A stretch of 64,000 nucleotides of DNA, taken from assembly GCA_965115885.1 (NCBI GenBank), contig OZ220479.1:1732334-1796333 (forward strand), in the 5' to 3' direction. This document shows positions 39,232-48,100 of the stretch, piece by piece (position 1 is the first letter of the stretch; each line of letters starts with the position of its first letter). Source of the DNA: Longimicrobiales bacterium. GTDB lineage: Bacteria > Gemmatimonadota > Gemmatimonadetes > Longimicrobiales > Gaopeijiaceae. The notes beneath the pieces were generated by a model, which was not told the DNA's origin, did not search any database, and saw only the letters and a program-made list of their open reading frames with translations. The position numbers and the translations under genes were made by a program.

Positions 39232-39320
39232 GGATGCGGTTTAGGGTTCGGTGGGGTTGCGTCGGCTAGCTTTCGCTCCGGTCCTCCAAGGCCCGACTCC
39301 CGTGGCCGCATTTCCAGCTC
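39232..39320 (-). repeat. Inverted repeat, right arm (IR-B)
   Basis: Inverted copy of 34611-34699, starting 57 nt after the NTPase stop codon and abutting R1 copy b. Confidence 0.85.
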
Positions 39321-39321
39321 C

Positions 39322-39512
39322 AGTCTATTCCAACGCGGTGATGAGCCCGAACGCGGAGGTGCTGCGGGGGTAGGGTGAGCGGCCCGAGATCCGAGGCGTC
39401 GTGGGCGTGAAACAGACGTATCAACATCCCCTCCGGAGCCGAGTCGTGCAACCGGATCGGGGGTTCATGGATGCGCGAGGGCCGTTGGGCGGCACCCCTT
39501 CGCGAGCGGCTG
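39322..39512 (+). repeat. Repeat R1, copy b
   Basis: 191-bp direct repeat of 32960-33150. A further shared 36-bp block (39946-39981 versus 33824-33859) lies downstream in both copies. Confidence 0.9.
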
Positions 39513-40328
39513 GGGAGCATACCAGGTCGCTGGGCGGGCCGAGGACTCGGGCGAGTCTCGTCCAACGGCGAATGAGGCCGAATTCGGGGGTCGTGGCACC
39601 TTTGGAGCATGGTCATGATTCTCCACCTCTCTCAGATCCGCATTCTCGTCCCCCTTCGAGCACCACCGGGGCCCGTGCCAACCGACTCCGACGGGTATCG
39701 GGCGATGCTCGCCTTCGATCTCACGGCGAGCTACTGCGCGTGGGTGTCGATGCACGGGGACGTGCGGCGCAGGCGTGAGCCGCTGCTTGGCGGCGGCTGG
39801 GCGTGCCGGTGCTCGAGGTGGCCGGGCCGGATCGCGTGCCCCCAAAGGGCGCAGAGGAGGACGACGCGCTGGACGCGGTCGCGGCGGCGCAGGCCGGTCG
39901 CGGCGGATACGGAGTCCGCGTGGCCAAGGACCGCACCGGCGCCGTCGAACGCACGGCCGGTGGTTCGTATCACGGTAAGGACTGGGGTTGCGTATTCCAC
40001 GGATGTGGTCCAGCTGTTCCAGGGGATGTGATCCAGCCAGTCCAAGCGATGTGATCCACTCGCCGGCGGCTCGTAGTGGACGGTTGGGGCGGGGATCCTG
40101 AAGGGGTGCTGGATACGATCTGGTCGAGATTGTTACCGGGCGTCAGAGATTACACACAAATTGGCGCGTGAAAGTGCACACTTTTTGGCGTTTGTGCACA
40201 CCTGGCGTCTGACGCGTTTTCGGGGCCTGCGGCTGGCGGCGGGCGTCGGCGCCGGGACCTCGAGGGGGGTGTCTTGGAGCGAACTCGTCGGTTACGCGTT
40301 CCCGGTCCACTTCAACCGGGGAGGCGCA

Positions 40329-41342
40329 ATGATCGACGAAGGCAGGAAGGTTCGAGCGAAGAGGCTCTTGGCGAACGGGGTGTCCAAGAGGGCGACGGCG
40401 GCTGCAGTGGGGGTCGCGCGGCGGACGCTGTACAACTGGATCGCCCGCGACTGGGCGGGGGTGAAGCGCGCGCCGGCGCGGAAGTCGCGGCTGGACGACT
40501 ACAAGCCGTTCATCGACGCGCGCTTGGCGGCGTATCCGAAGTTGAGCGCGGCGCGGCTGTACGAGTCGGTGCGGAGGTCGGGGTTCGAGGGCAGCTACAG
40601 CGTGGTCGTGCGGTACGTGCGGGGAGTGCGTCCCTGTCCGGAGCCGGAGCCGGTGCAGCGGTTCGAGACGGAGCCTGGGCGGCAGGGGCAGGTGGACTTC
40701 GCCGAGTTCAAGTTCCCGTGGGGCAAGCGCTACGCGCTGGCGGTGGTTCTGGGCTACTCGCGGTGGCTGTGGGTTGGCTTCTACGAGCGCGAGACGATGG
40801 CGGCGCTGGCGGACGGGCTCGAGCGGGCGTTCGCGGCGATGGGCGGCGTGCCTGGGGAGCTGCTGTTCGACCAGATGAAGGCGGTGGTGAACTCGGACGA
40901 GCGTCCGGCGGGCGGGAAGCTGATCGAGAACGCGTCGTTCCGGGGGTTCGCCGATCACTGGGGGTTCAGGATCCGGGCGTGTCGTCCGTACCGCGCGCAG
41001 ACGAAGGGGAAGGTCGAGCGGCCGATCCGGTACCTGCGGGAGAACTTCTTCTACGGTCGGGAGTTCGCGAACGACGAAGAGGTGAACGAGCGGTTGCGCG
41101 GCTGGTTGAGCGGGGTGGCGAACGTCCGGGTGCACGGAACGCTGAAGGAGAGGGTGTCGGATCGGTTCGAGCGCGAGCGGCCGCTGTTGCTGCCGCTGGC
41201 GCCGCGTGGCTACCGGTTCGTGACGCCGAGGCCGATGCCGGGGGAGAGCGGGGATGCGGACGTGGCGCCAGCGGAGGCGCCTGCCGTGGACGTCGAGAAG
41301 CGTCCGCTGGCGTACTACGCGGATCGGCGGAGGGGTTCGTGA
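40329..41342 (+). CDS. istA: IS21-family transposase IstA
   Basis: The ATG is preceded by GGGGAGG. N-terminal HTH, then a DDE core (QVDFAEF..LAVVLGYSRW..LFDQMKAVV..RPYRAQTKGKVER). Confidence 0.92.
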   Translation: MIDEGRKVRAKRLLANGVSKRATAAAVGVARRTLYNWIARDWAGVKRAPARKSRLDDYKPFIDARLAAYPKLSAARLYESVRRSGFEGSYSVVVRYVRGVRPCPEPEPVQRFETEPGRQGQVDFAEFKFPWGKRYALAVVLGYSRWLWVGFYERETMAALADGLERAFAAMGGVPGELLFDQMKAVVNSDERPAGGKLIENASFRGFADHWGFRIRACRPYRAQTKGKVERPIRYLRENFFYGREFANDEEVNERLRGWLSGVANVRVHGTLKERVSDRFERERPLLLPLAPRGYRFVTPRPMPGESGDADVAPAEAPAVDVEKRPLAYYADRRRGS

Positions 41343-42175
41343 AGGGGGCGAGCCTGAGGGATCGGATCGCCGCGCAGCTGGCCGACTTGAAGATGCCGGG
41401 CGCGCTCGAGGCGCTGGACGAGGTGTTCAGGAGCGTGGACGGCGGGGGCTGCACGGCGGGCGAAGCGATCGAGCGGCTGCTCGGGGCGCAGATCGAGCTG
41501 CGCAACGGCCGGCGGCTGTCGGCGGCGATGCGGTCGAGTCGGTTGCCCGGACTGAAGACGCTGGCGGAGTTCGACTTCGCGTTTCAGCCGTCGATCGATC
41601 GTCAGCAGGTCGAGTCGTTGCACGAGCTGCACTTCCTCGAGCGCAAGGAGAACGTGGTGATCCTGGGTCCGCCGGGAGTCGGGAAGACGCACATCGCGAT
41701 CAGCCTGGCGGTGGCGGCGGCTGAAGCGGGGCGGCGGATCTACTTCGGGACGCTGGCGGCGCTGATCGAGTCGCTCGAGGAGGCGCACGCGGCGGGGCGG
41801 CTGAAGCGGCGGTTGAAGACGTTGATGCACCCGGCGCTGCTGGTGGTGGACGAGATCGGGTACCTGCCGGTGACGTCGAACGGGGCGCGGCTGTTCTTCC
41901 AGCTGATCAACGGGCGCTACGGTCGGGCGTCGACGGTGTTGACGTCGAACAAGCCGTACCAGCAGTGGGGCGAGGTGTTGCACGACGAGGTGATGGCGGC
42001 GGCGCTGCTGGATCGGCTGCTGCACCGGAGCCACACGATCAACATCCGGGGCAACTCGTACAGGATGCGACGCCACAAGGAGATCTCGAGGGCGATTCAC
42101 CCGTCGGCCGCGGCGGTGCGGGACGCTCGAGACGAGGCGCACACGGACGCGCGGAGAGGAGGAGGCGGGTCATGA
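41339..42175 (+). CDS. istB: IS21-family helper ATPase IstB
   Basis: GTG in a GTGA overlap with the istA stop. Motifs: GPPGVGKTHIA (Walker A), LLVVDEIGY (Walker B) and LLDRLLHRSHTINIRGNSYR. Confidence 0.92.
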   Translation: MKGASLRDRIAAQLADLKMPGALEALDEVFRSVDGGGCTAGEAIERLLGAQIELRNGRRLSAAMRSSRLPGLKTLAEFDFAFQPSIDRQQVESLHELHFLERKENVVILGPPGVGKTHIAISLAVAAAEAGRRIYFGTLAALIESLEEAHAAGRLKRRLKTLMHPALLVVDEIGYLPVTSNGARLFFQLINGRYGRASTVLTSNKPYQQWGEVLHDEVMAAALLDRLLHRSHTINIRGNSYRMRRHKEISRAIHPSAAAVRDARDEAHTDARRGGGGS

Positions 42176-42355
42176 CGAACGTTGGAGAGAAGGAGAAGGG
42201 CGCGGGCCGGAGGGAGGGCGGGCTCGAGAGTCGGAGGCGCAGCGCGCTGCGCCGGCGGGTCGCCCGGTTCGCGACGGCCTTTGGCCGCTCGGTGGCGGGT
42301 GTCCTCCGTCCGTTGATCGAGAGGAGCCCCGTCTGGGACGGTTCGAGGAGTGTCC

Positions 42356-42464
42356 GGCCGGCTGGGACGGGGATGGGCGGCGACGCCCTCCCCCAGGGCC
42401 CCGTTCCGGTCGCTGCGCTCCCTGCACGGGTCCCTGGGGGAGCGGACTCGGGAGAGTCGAAGGC
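42356..42464 (+). repeat. Internal ~105-bp direct repeat within the IS21 3' non-coding region, copy 1
   Basis: About 80% identical by hand alignment to 42705-42808 (core GCCCTCCCCCxGGGCCCCGTxCCGGTCGCT). Confidence 0.75.
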
Positions 42465-42704
42465 GACGGCCAAGCGGTCGCCGCGGAAGACACTCTTCGA
42501 TGAGCGGCGAGCGGTGAACTGCGCTTCGCACCCGGTCGGTCGCGACGCGCCGAGGGACGGGCTCGCCCTCGACGTTGGCCTGTGGGCGGCGCTTCGCCGG
42601 GGGGCGGACGGCCTGCTGATGGCAGCGCTGGGGAGCGGGACCGCCGGCGCCTTCGGCCAGGGGATCCAAGGGGACTACGCTTCGGGCCATCGGAGGGGTG
42701 TGCG

Positions 42705-42808
42705 GATGGCCGGGACCGGGGTCGGCGGCGGCGCCCTCCCCCGGGGCCCCGTGCCGGTCGCTACGCTCCCGTCACGGGCCCCCGGGGGCTCGCGGGAGAG
42801 GCGAAAAG
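42705..42808 (+). repeat. Internal ~105-bp direct repeat within the IS21 3' non-coding region, copy 2
   Basis: See copy 1. A third partial core lies at about 42985-43030, outside the element. Confidence 0.75.
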
Positions 42809-43299
42809 TGTGCACTTTTGCGCTCGCCGGGATCGTCCGAAAAAGTGTGCAATTTGAAACGCCAAATGACAGAGATGGTCGTGAGTTGGTCTACAGCTCC
42901 CGTAGTCGAGGGTCGGAGCGTCTTCAGGCCATCGTCGCGGCGATGGCCGCATTGTAGTGCGACAGCGCATCGATGTCAGCTGCACCGGCCGACGCACCGG
43001 GGCCCCGTTCCGGTCGCGTCCGTCCGTCCCGAGCGGTTGGGTGCCGCCATCGTCGGGCCGAGGGGCCGGGCGATTCCTGCGGACAGCCCGATCAGTTCTC
43101 GCCGAGGCGCCGTTTTGGGAGCGATTTCCGGACGGCCTTTACCCTTCCGAACGTCGGGATCGCCCGTTAGGGGCCGTTCTACGGCTTCCGTTTCCCGGTC
43201 TCGGTCCCAGGATCGCGCGAAGCGCCGCAGGTAGGCCAGAACTCGCCGCCACGCGCCTTCGTCCGGCGTTCGCGCGATCATCGCGTCGCCGATCCCGCG

Positions 43300-43392
43300 C
43301 CGCTGGCCGCCTGGGTCGAGTCGTAGAGCCTTCTCATCGATCCGCCCGCCAGCTCGATCCGGTGCGCGTTGTGGACCAGTCGATCCAGCGGC
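43300..43392 (-). pseudogene. IstB C-terminal remnant
   Basis: The minus-strand translation LDRLVHNAHRIELAGGSMRRL parallels the intact IstB LLDRLLHRSHTINIRGNSYRMR. It is truncated upstream by the IS3 remnant. Confidence 0.5.
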
Positions 43393-43400
43393 GCCGAACT

Positions 43401-43960
43401 GGTTTAGATCACGGCAAGGAATCGTCTAACGTCAACTAGGACTGCACGATCTGCCGCCTTGCCGCCCACCAGCTAGTCTGATTCCGTCTTGTCGAAATGG
43501 CTGAAATACAGGTTCGAAAAGCGGGAATCCCCAGTGATGCGAGCCTCAACCGGGTGGCTCGGCCAATGGTGTGGCGGCAATCGAGGGTGTGAGTCGGCGT
43601 CGGAAGACGGCGAAAGCGCGACGGGGGCCGCAGGCGGAGGTTGCCGAAGACTTGGTGGACCCTGACTTATCGGCTACGGGTCTCGACAAGCTCTGATGGC
43701 GGACATCACGTTTGTGCCCGCACGGGACGGTCCCCGTATCTGGTGGTGGTGCTGGATGTGTGAAGGGACTTCGCCAGACGCGGACTTGACTTGCGACGGT
43801 GCCTAGGCACGGGGCTGTGCTGGTGACTGCTGGAAGAGGGCCGAGAGACTCGCGGCGCTTGAAGCCAGGCGGGATCTGGACTCGGCCGCCAAGCACCGCT
43901 GGATGGATGCGATCTTGGCGCGTCTCGGTGCGTAGAGGGGTGCTGGACACGATTGGATCG
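43401..43960 (+). mobile_element. IS3-family transposase (OrfB) remnant, copy 3 (longest)
   Basis: Spread over three reading frames: NRVARPM.., AEDLVDPDLSATGLDKL, ADITFVPARDG, YLVVVLDV and DFARR. This matches the IS3 OrfB order NLxxRDF-PNxxW-DITY-YLxxVLD-FSRR. It is truncated where the AT-rich DNA begins. Confidence 0.7.
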
Positions 43961-44032
43961 GGGTCGGTCGTGGCGGTGATGGACGGGACGCACGGTGTTC
44001 GATGTCGTCATAATACGCAACCATCCGAAATC

Positions 44033-44800
44033 TCAACCGAGCAGAGTTTTGCCAACGCTTTCGACGAATGGGCGGTCGATATCTCGAACATCAATCTTCC
44101 ATGCATCAATATATTCTCTTATCGGGTCCTCCGAGACAGGAAGGTGTCGAACGGCATTCCATCCATGTCTATTCTTTTCGAACAACGGAAGTAGCATGAG
44201 AGCGACGACACCGTTTTTTATTCGAATATAGGGGTCCATTCGTAGTTCGCGTTCGTTTTTCGATACCCAAGAACTAAAAGGAATTGTTGGCACGGCCTTT
44301 TGCCATTTAGATATTTTGCACTCCACATATCTATTCAATGATCCAGAATAAGAACTAGGGAATTCATCAGGCGGGTCAATCTTCCAGATTTTTGCCATCC
44401 GACGGAGGACAAACAACGACGCAAGTTCGCAGAGCGATTCATGGAACCACCCGTTCGGGTTGTCTTTCAATCGATCATGCCCCGACAGGACATGGCAAAA
44501 TTCATGAGCAAACTGATATGTAAATTGACTCCAACTTTGATCTTTCGCCGAAAGACCTATCTTGTGTATTGTAGTGTTCGGAGGTCTATGATAAGCTATA
44601 GGATCTTCCTCCTCGGGTAGACTCATGACGTGAATTATGCCCACGAGCGGTTCGCGCAATTCCCGCTCAATGTGGGACGCCACATCGCACAACAGCCTCT
44701 TGATTTCGGCACGGGACACTGCGCCCCAATCGCCGTCCAGCACCTCTATTTGCATATCATCTCCCGTGAAGTGAAGTGAACCACTGATTTCATATGACAT
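44033..44800 (-). CDS. HExxH-x18-E (gluzincin-like) putative metallopeptidase
   Basis: FAHEFCHVLSGHDRLKDNPNGWFHESLCE: the E lies exactly 18 residues after the second His, in a WxxE context. An alternative start is MQIEV at 44755, preceded by GGGAG. Hand-counted 60-nt samples give 37-48% G+C. Confidence 0.7.
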   Translation of the reverse strand: MSYEISGSLHFTGDDMQIEVLDGDWGAVSRAEIKRLLCDVASHIERELREPLVGIIHVMSLPEEEDPIAYHRPPNTTIHKIGLSAKDQSWSQFTYQFAHEFCHVLSGHDRLKDNPNGWFHESLCELASLFVLRRMAKIWKIDPPDEFPSSYSGSLNRYVECKISKWQKAVPTIPFSSWVSKNERELRMDPYIRIKNGVVALMLLPLFEKNRHGWNAVRHLPVSEDPIREYIDAWKIDVRDIDRPFVESVGKTLLG

Positions 44801-44894
44801 GACGGATACCGGTGCACTTTCTTCTGCCAGCCCACCAGCCTGTGAGTAAATCCTCGCGTGGTCGGCGCATCCGCCCCGATCCGGGGCGTTGCGG

Positions 44895-44999
44895 TCATTT
44901 CTTCACCCAGCGGATGATTCCGCCGACGATGCTGAATCCGTAGAACCACAGCATCACCAAGAATACGATGACTTCGCCCGGCTCGTCCAAGGGTCCCAT
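44895..44999 (-). CDS. 34-aa single-pass membrane peptide (below the track's 60-aa cut-off)
   Basis: The ATG at 44997-44999 is preceded by GAGAGGA-N5. Sequence MGPLDEPGEVIVFLVMLWFYGFSIVGGIIRWVKK, with stop TGA at 44895-44897. Confidence 0.5.
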   Translation of the reverse strand: MGPLDEPGEVIVFLVMLWFYGFSIVGGIIRWVKK

Positions 45000-45124
45000 G
45001 CTGTTCCTCTCAATCGGTGTGACGTTGCGCCGCTCGACACAAAGTAGAAATAGTAATGTCCGGATTCGACCAGCGCAACGGTTGGCGAAGTCGGATGCGG
45101 TCGCCTCCGAAGAGGACGCGCTTG
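44985..45124 (-). repeat. Repeat R2, copy 1 (140-bp upstream/regulatory module)
   Basis: About 85% identical by hand alignment to 50384-50523. It spans a hairpin, a promoter-like region, the SD, the ATG and the first few codons. Confidence 0.85.
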
Positions 45125-45181
45125 AGTTGAGGCGAAGAACGAGCGGATCGACGCGCAGCCGGCTCGCTTACGGCTGAGCGA

Positions 45182-48100
45182 CTATGCCGCTGGCGTGACG
45201 AAGTCGTCGCGCATCCGAAACGCGGCAGAAGACCCGACCTCGACAAGGCAGTCGAGGATGAAAAGCACCGCGTCACGGATACGGTTGTCGCGCTTGAGTT
45301 CGAGTGGCCGTCCATAAACGTACCGTTGCAGCAGCACCTCAAGCATAAAGACCGTGTCCGACTTGGCGAACATCTTCTGCGTGTTGCCGCGCTGTAGCGC
45401 GTCGCCTACGCGCACGAACGCATCGGGTAGCGAGCGTTCCCCGACGTGATAGAGAAACCGGGCGTAGTTATCGAGAACGACGGCTGTGGTCGGGAGGGCT
45501 TCGAAGAGGGCGTGCACAAGATGCGCGTGGCCATCGAGAAACCGCCAGTGCCGGACATCGTCCTTCCAACCCAACGTCAGAAAAACCGCCGACAACAGGT
45601 GAGTGCCATCTGGGTGCCTGTCCGTGTCCAGACCGGCAAGCCACTTCGCGCGTTTGACCGCGTCGGCGATGAGTTTCCACAGGAACCAATACTGGCACGT
45701 GTTCGGGTTTCCATCCTGCAGACGTGTCAATCCCTTCATGACGGATCCAAGCTCATAAGAGTGGCGGTCAACGGTCGCGAGCAGAGGGGCCAATACCCGC
45801 TGTGCAGCTTCTGGACACGTCCGCAACGAGAATTCTTGAATGCGGCCGGACACCTCGGATTCAGTATGTAAGTCCCTGTGGCCCCCGTTGCTGCGGTCGT
45901 CATTGGACGTCCACCAGCTGGCGAGCGTAAGGCTCGCACGGGCGAACGCGGTGATTGCGATCGGGTCTTGCGGCACGTGCCCCAGGATCACGAGCATGCG
46001 CTTGACCGCACGTGCACCGAAGCCGTCGGAGATGTCGAGCGTGACGTGTGCATCCTCAGCAATCCCGCCGTCCTTCCAGAACCGCGCCCGGATCTCCCCA
46101 GTGGTTTCCAGCTTGATCTGGTCCAGACTGCGGCGCTCATCATGAGGACGCGCGCGCTCGGCGTCTTGCGCCCTATCGATAGTGGCAGCTTCGACCGCAA
46201 TCGCGTTGACGCAGCGCAGGGCGAGCGCCCGCTTGGCGGCCCAGACGGTTTCGTCGATGCTCCATGTCGCGTATGACCGCACCTGCTCCACCGGATGTGT
46301 CAGGGCGGCGGCAAAAGCGGTCTTCACCCGTTCAGTGCGCGTTGGGTCGAGCGGCTTGCGGAGCAACTTCGCCAGCACGGAGGCGCCGACCCTGTCGGCG
46401 GCCATGGGATTGTTCTGGACGCGCTCCGTGCGATCGGTGGCGTCGGCGTGTCGCATGACTTCCGTGCAGACCCTATCGACGCACCAGTCTCTTTGCGCCG
46501 ACATCATGTCGTCCCAGCGGTCACGGATACAAACGGCGGCAACAACGCCAGGCGCGTGCCGACTGTCGTCCTCGTCTTCGACTTGGCCGTCCATGGCCTG
46601 CGCTTCGGACAGCTTCGCCGCCCATTGTGCGGGGTCGTACTTGCCCGTTTCGCCGCGGAAGGCCTGCCTACCCCACATGAGCAAGCCGAATCGTGCGTTC
46701 ATTGTCGCCAGATGAGCGGCGCTTTCATCGACGATTGCCTGCAGGTCCGCCTCAGGCGGCGTCGGATCGAGGCGAACGTAGTGCCGCGGCGAATCACCTG
46801 CCCTCGATTGTGAGTCAGGGATTTCGGGGCCAGGTGTATCCGAAGCGGAGTATTGGCGGAGATCCATGCGATGGATAGCGAGGCGCCACAAGCGGTCGCC
46901 TTCGTCCTGTTGCTCCCTCGGCGGCAACGCCGCCAGATGGTTGTCGAGGAGAGCGTGGACACGGGGCTTGAGCGGCCCGAGCTGGAGATTTGCAACCGCC
47001 GTCTCCAGGTCCTTCTGCCGATGCGGCAAGGCGTCCGCCTGCTTGCGTTCCATCCCGTAGATCTGGTGGTCAGCGAGCATCGTCGGAATCATGGCCGCCA
47101 TCCGCGTCATCTGGAGCTCGCCCGCGAGACGGCTACGGTCCATTGCAACGTAGTCGCGGACGCCGAGGAGCACCAGCAGAGCTTCGCCGGACGCGTGCGG
47201 GTAGGCGGTAGCCACGCTCGCGACGACAGCGGCGAGCGCTGAGTTGTCGGTGCGGCGCAGGATGTCGACGAGAATGGCATCCAGCCGTTTCGGTTCTTGC
47301 TGCCCGACCTCGAGCAGCCAACTCTCTAGCGCCATCAGCATCGACTGGAGCCGATAGGGTGCGACCTCCATACCGCGGTAGGAGCCCCACAAGCGGGTAT
47401 TCGTCCACTGTTTGCGCGTCGTACCGTCCGCGAACGTGAGTTCGACTTCCCAAGCTTTCTCGAGAGGGTAGTGCAAACGGGGATGCGCGTACCAGTCGGC
47501 GCTATGGTTGAAGACCTTGATGTAGAAGTCGAGAGCCTTCTCCGAGTGATGCCGCAACAAGTTGGTCCATGGGCCGCGCACTGCGCTCGCCGGGAACGTG
47601 TCGCGGCGTAGATCTTCCTTGATCCCGAAGTACAGCTCGATATCGAGAGGACAGCGCCTGTAGCGGCGCTCGTCGTCGATGTCTTCCTCCGAAGCGAGCA
47701 GATAGTCCGCACCGACTGAGATGACGACGTCCGGCAGATCGCGCGCTGCGGGCATGCCATCGGTACCCGTGTAGATGAGCCCTTGGAAGTCCTCCGCTAT
47801 AGCGCTGCGGTGTTCTTCCACCTCAATATTGCTGCGCAACGTCGCCTCGAAGCGCGCGGCGTCGCCCTTGGGGAGCTTGGCGATGACCTTGAGCACGCGC
47901 TTGCGCGGCTCGTCGCCTCCGTAGCCGCGCAGGCCGTCGAGGAGCCAATGGGCGATACCGATGACATCGTCGGCGCCATCGAGATCGGACACCGACCCGG
48001 TCACACCGCACACCGCGTCCTCTACAAGCCTGAGCAGGAGCGCTCGCTCGTTGGCCGTGAAGGCTGCGAGATTGCGATGTACGAGCCGCAACACTGCGGG

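Larger units (their letters stand above)
40152..42870 (+). mobile_element. IS21-family insertion sequence (apparently intact)
   Basis: - istA/istB pair.
- Multiple terminal repeats of the motif TTGGCG..(A/T)TGCACACTTTT at both ends, in inverted orientation.
- AGAGAT occurs directly outside both proposed ends (40146-40151 and 42871-42876).
- Exact termini are uncertain by a few bp. Confidence 0.75.

Noticed and set aside
41965-42957. 330-aa ORF downstream of istB inside the IS21 element
   Set aside because: It is built largely from the two ~105-bp direct repeats, is Gly/Arg/Pro-rich, has no SD and crosses the IS right end. It is most likely non-coding IS terminal sequence.
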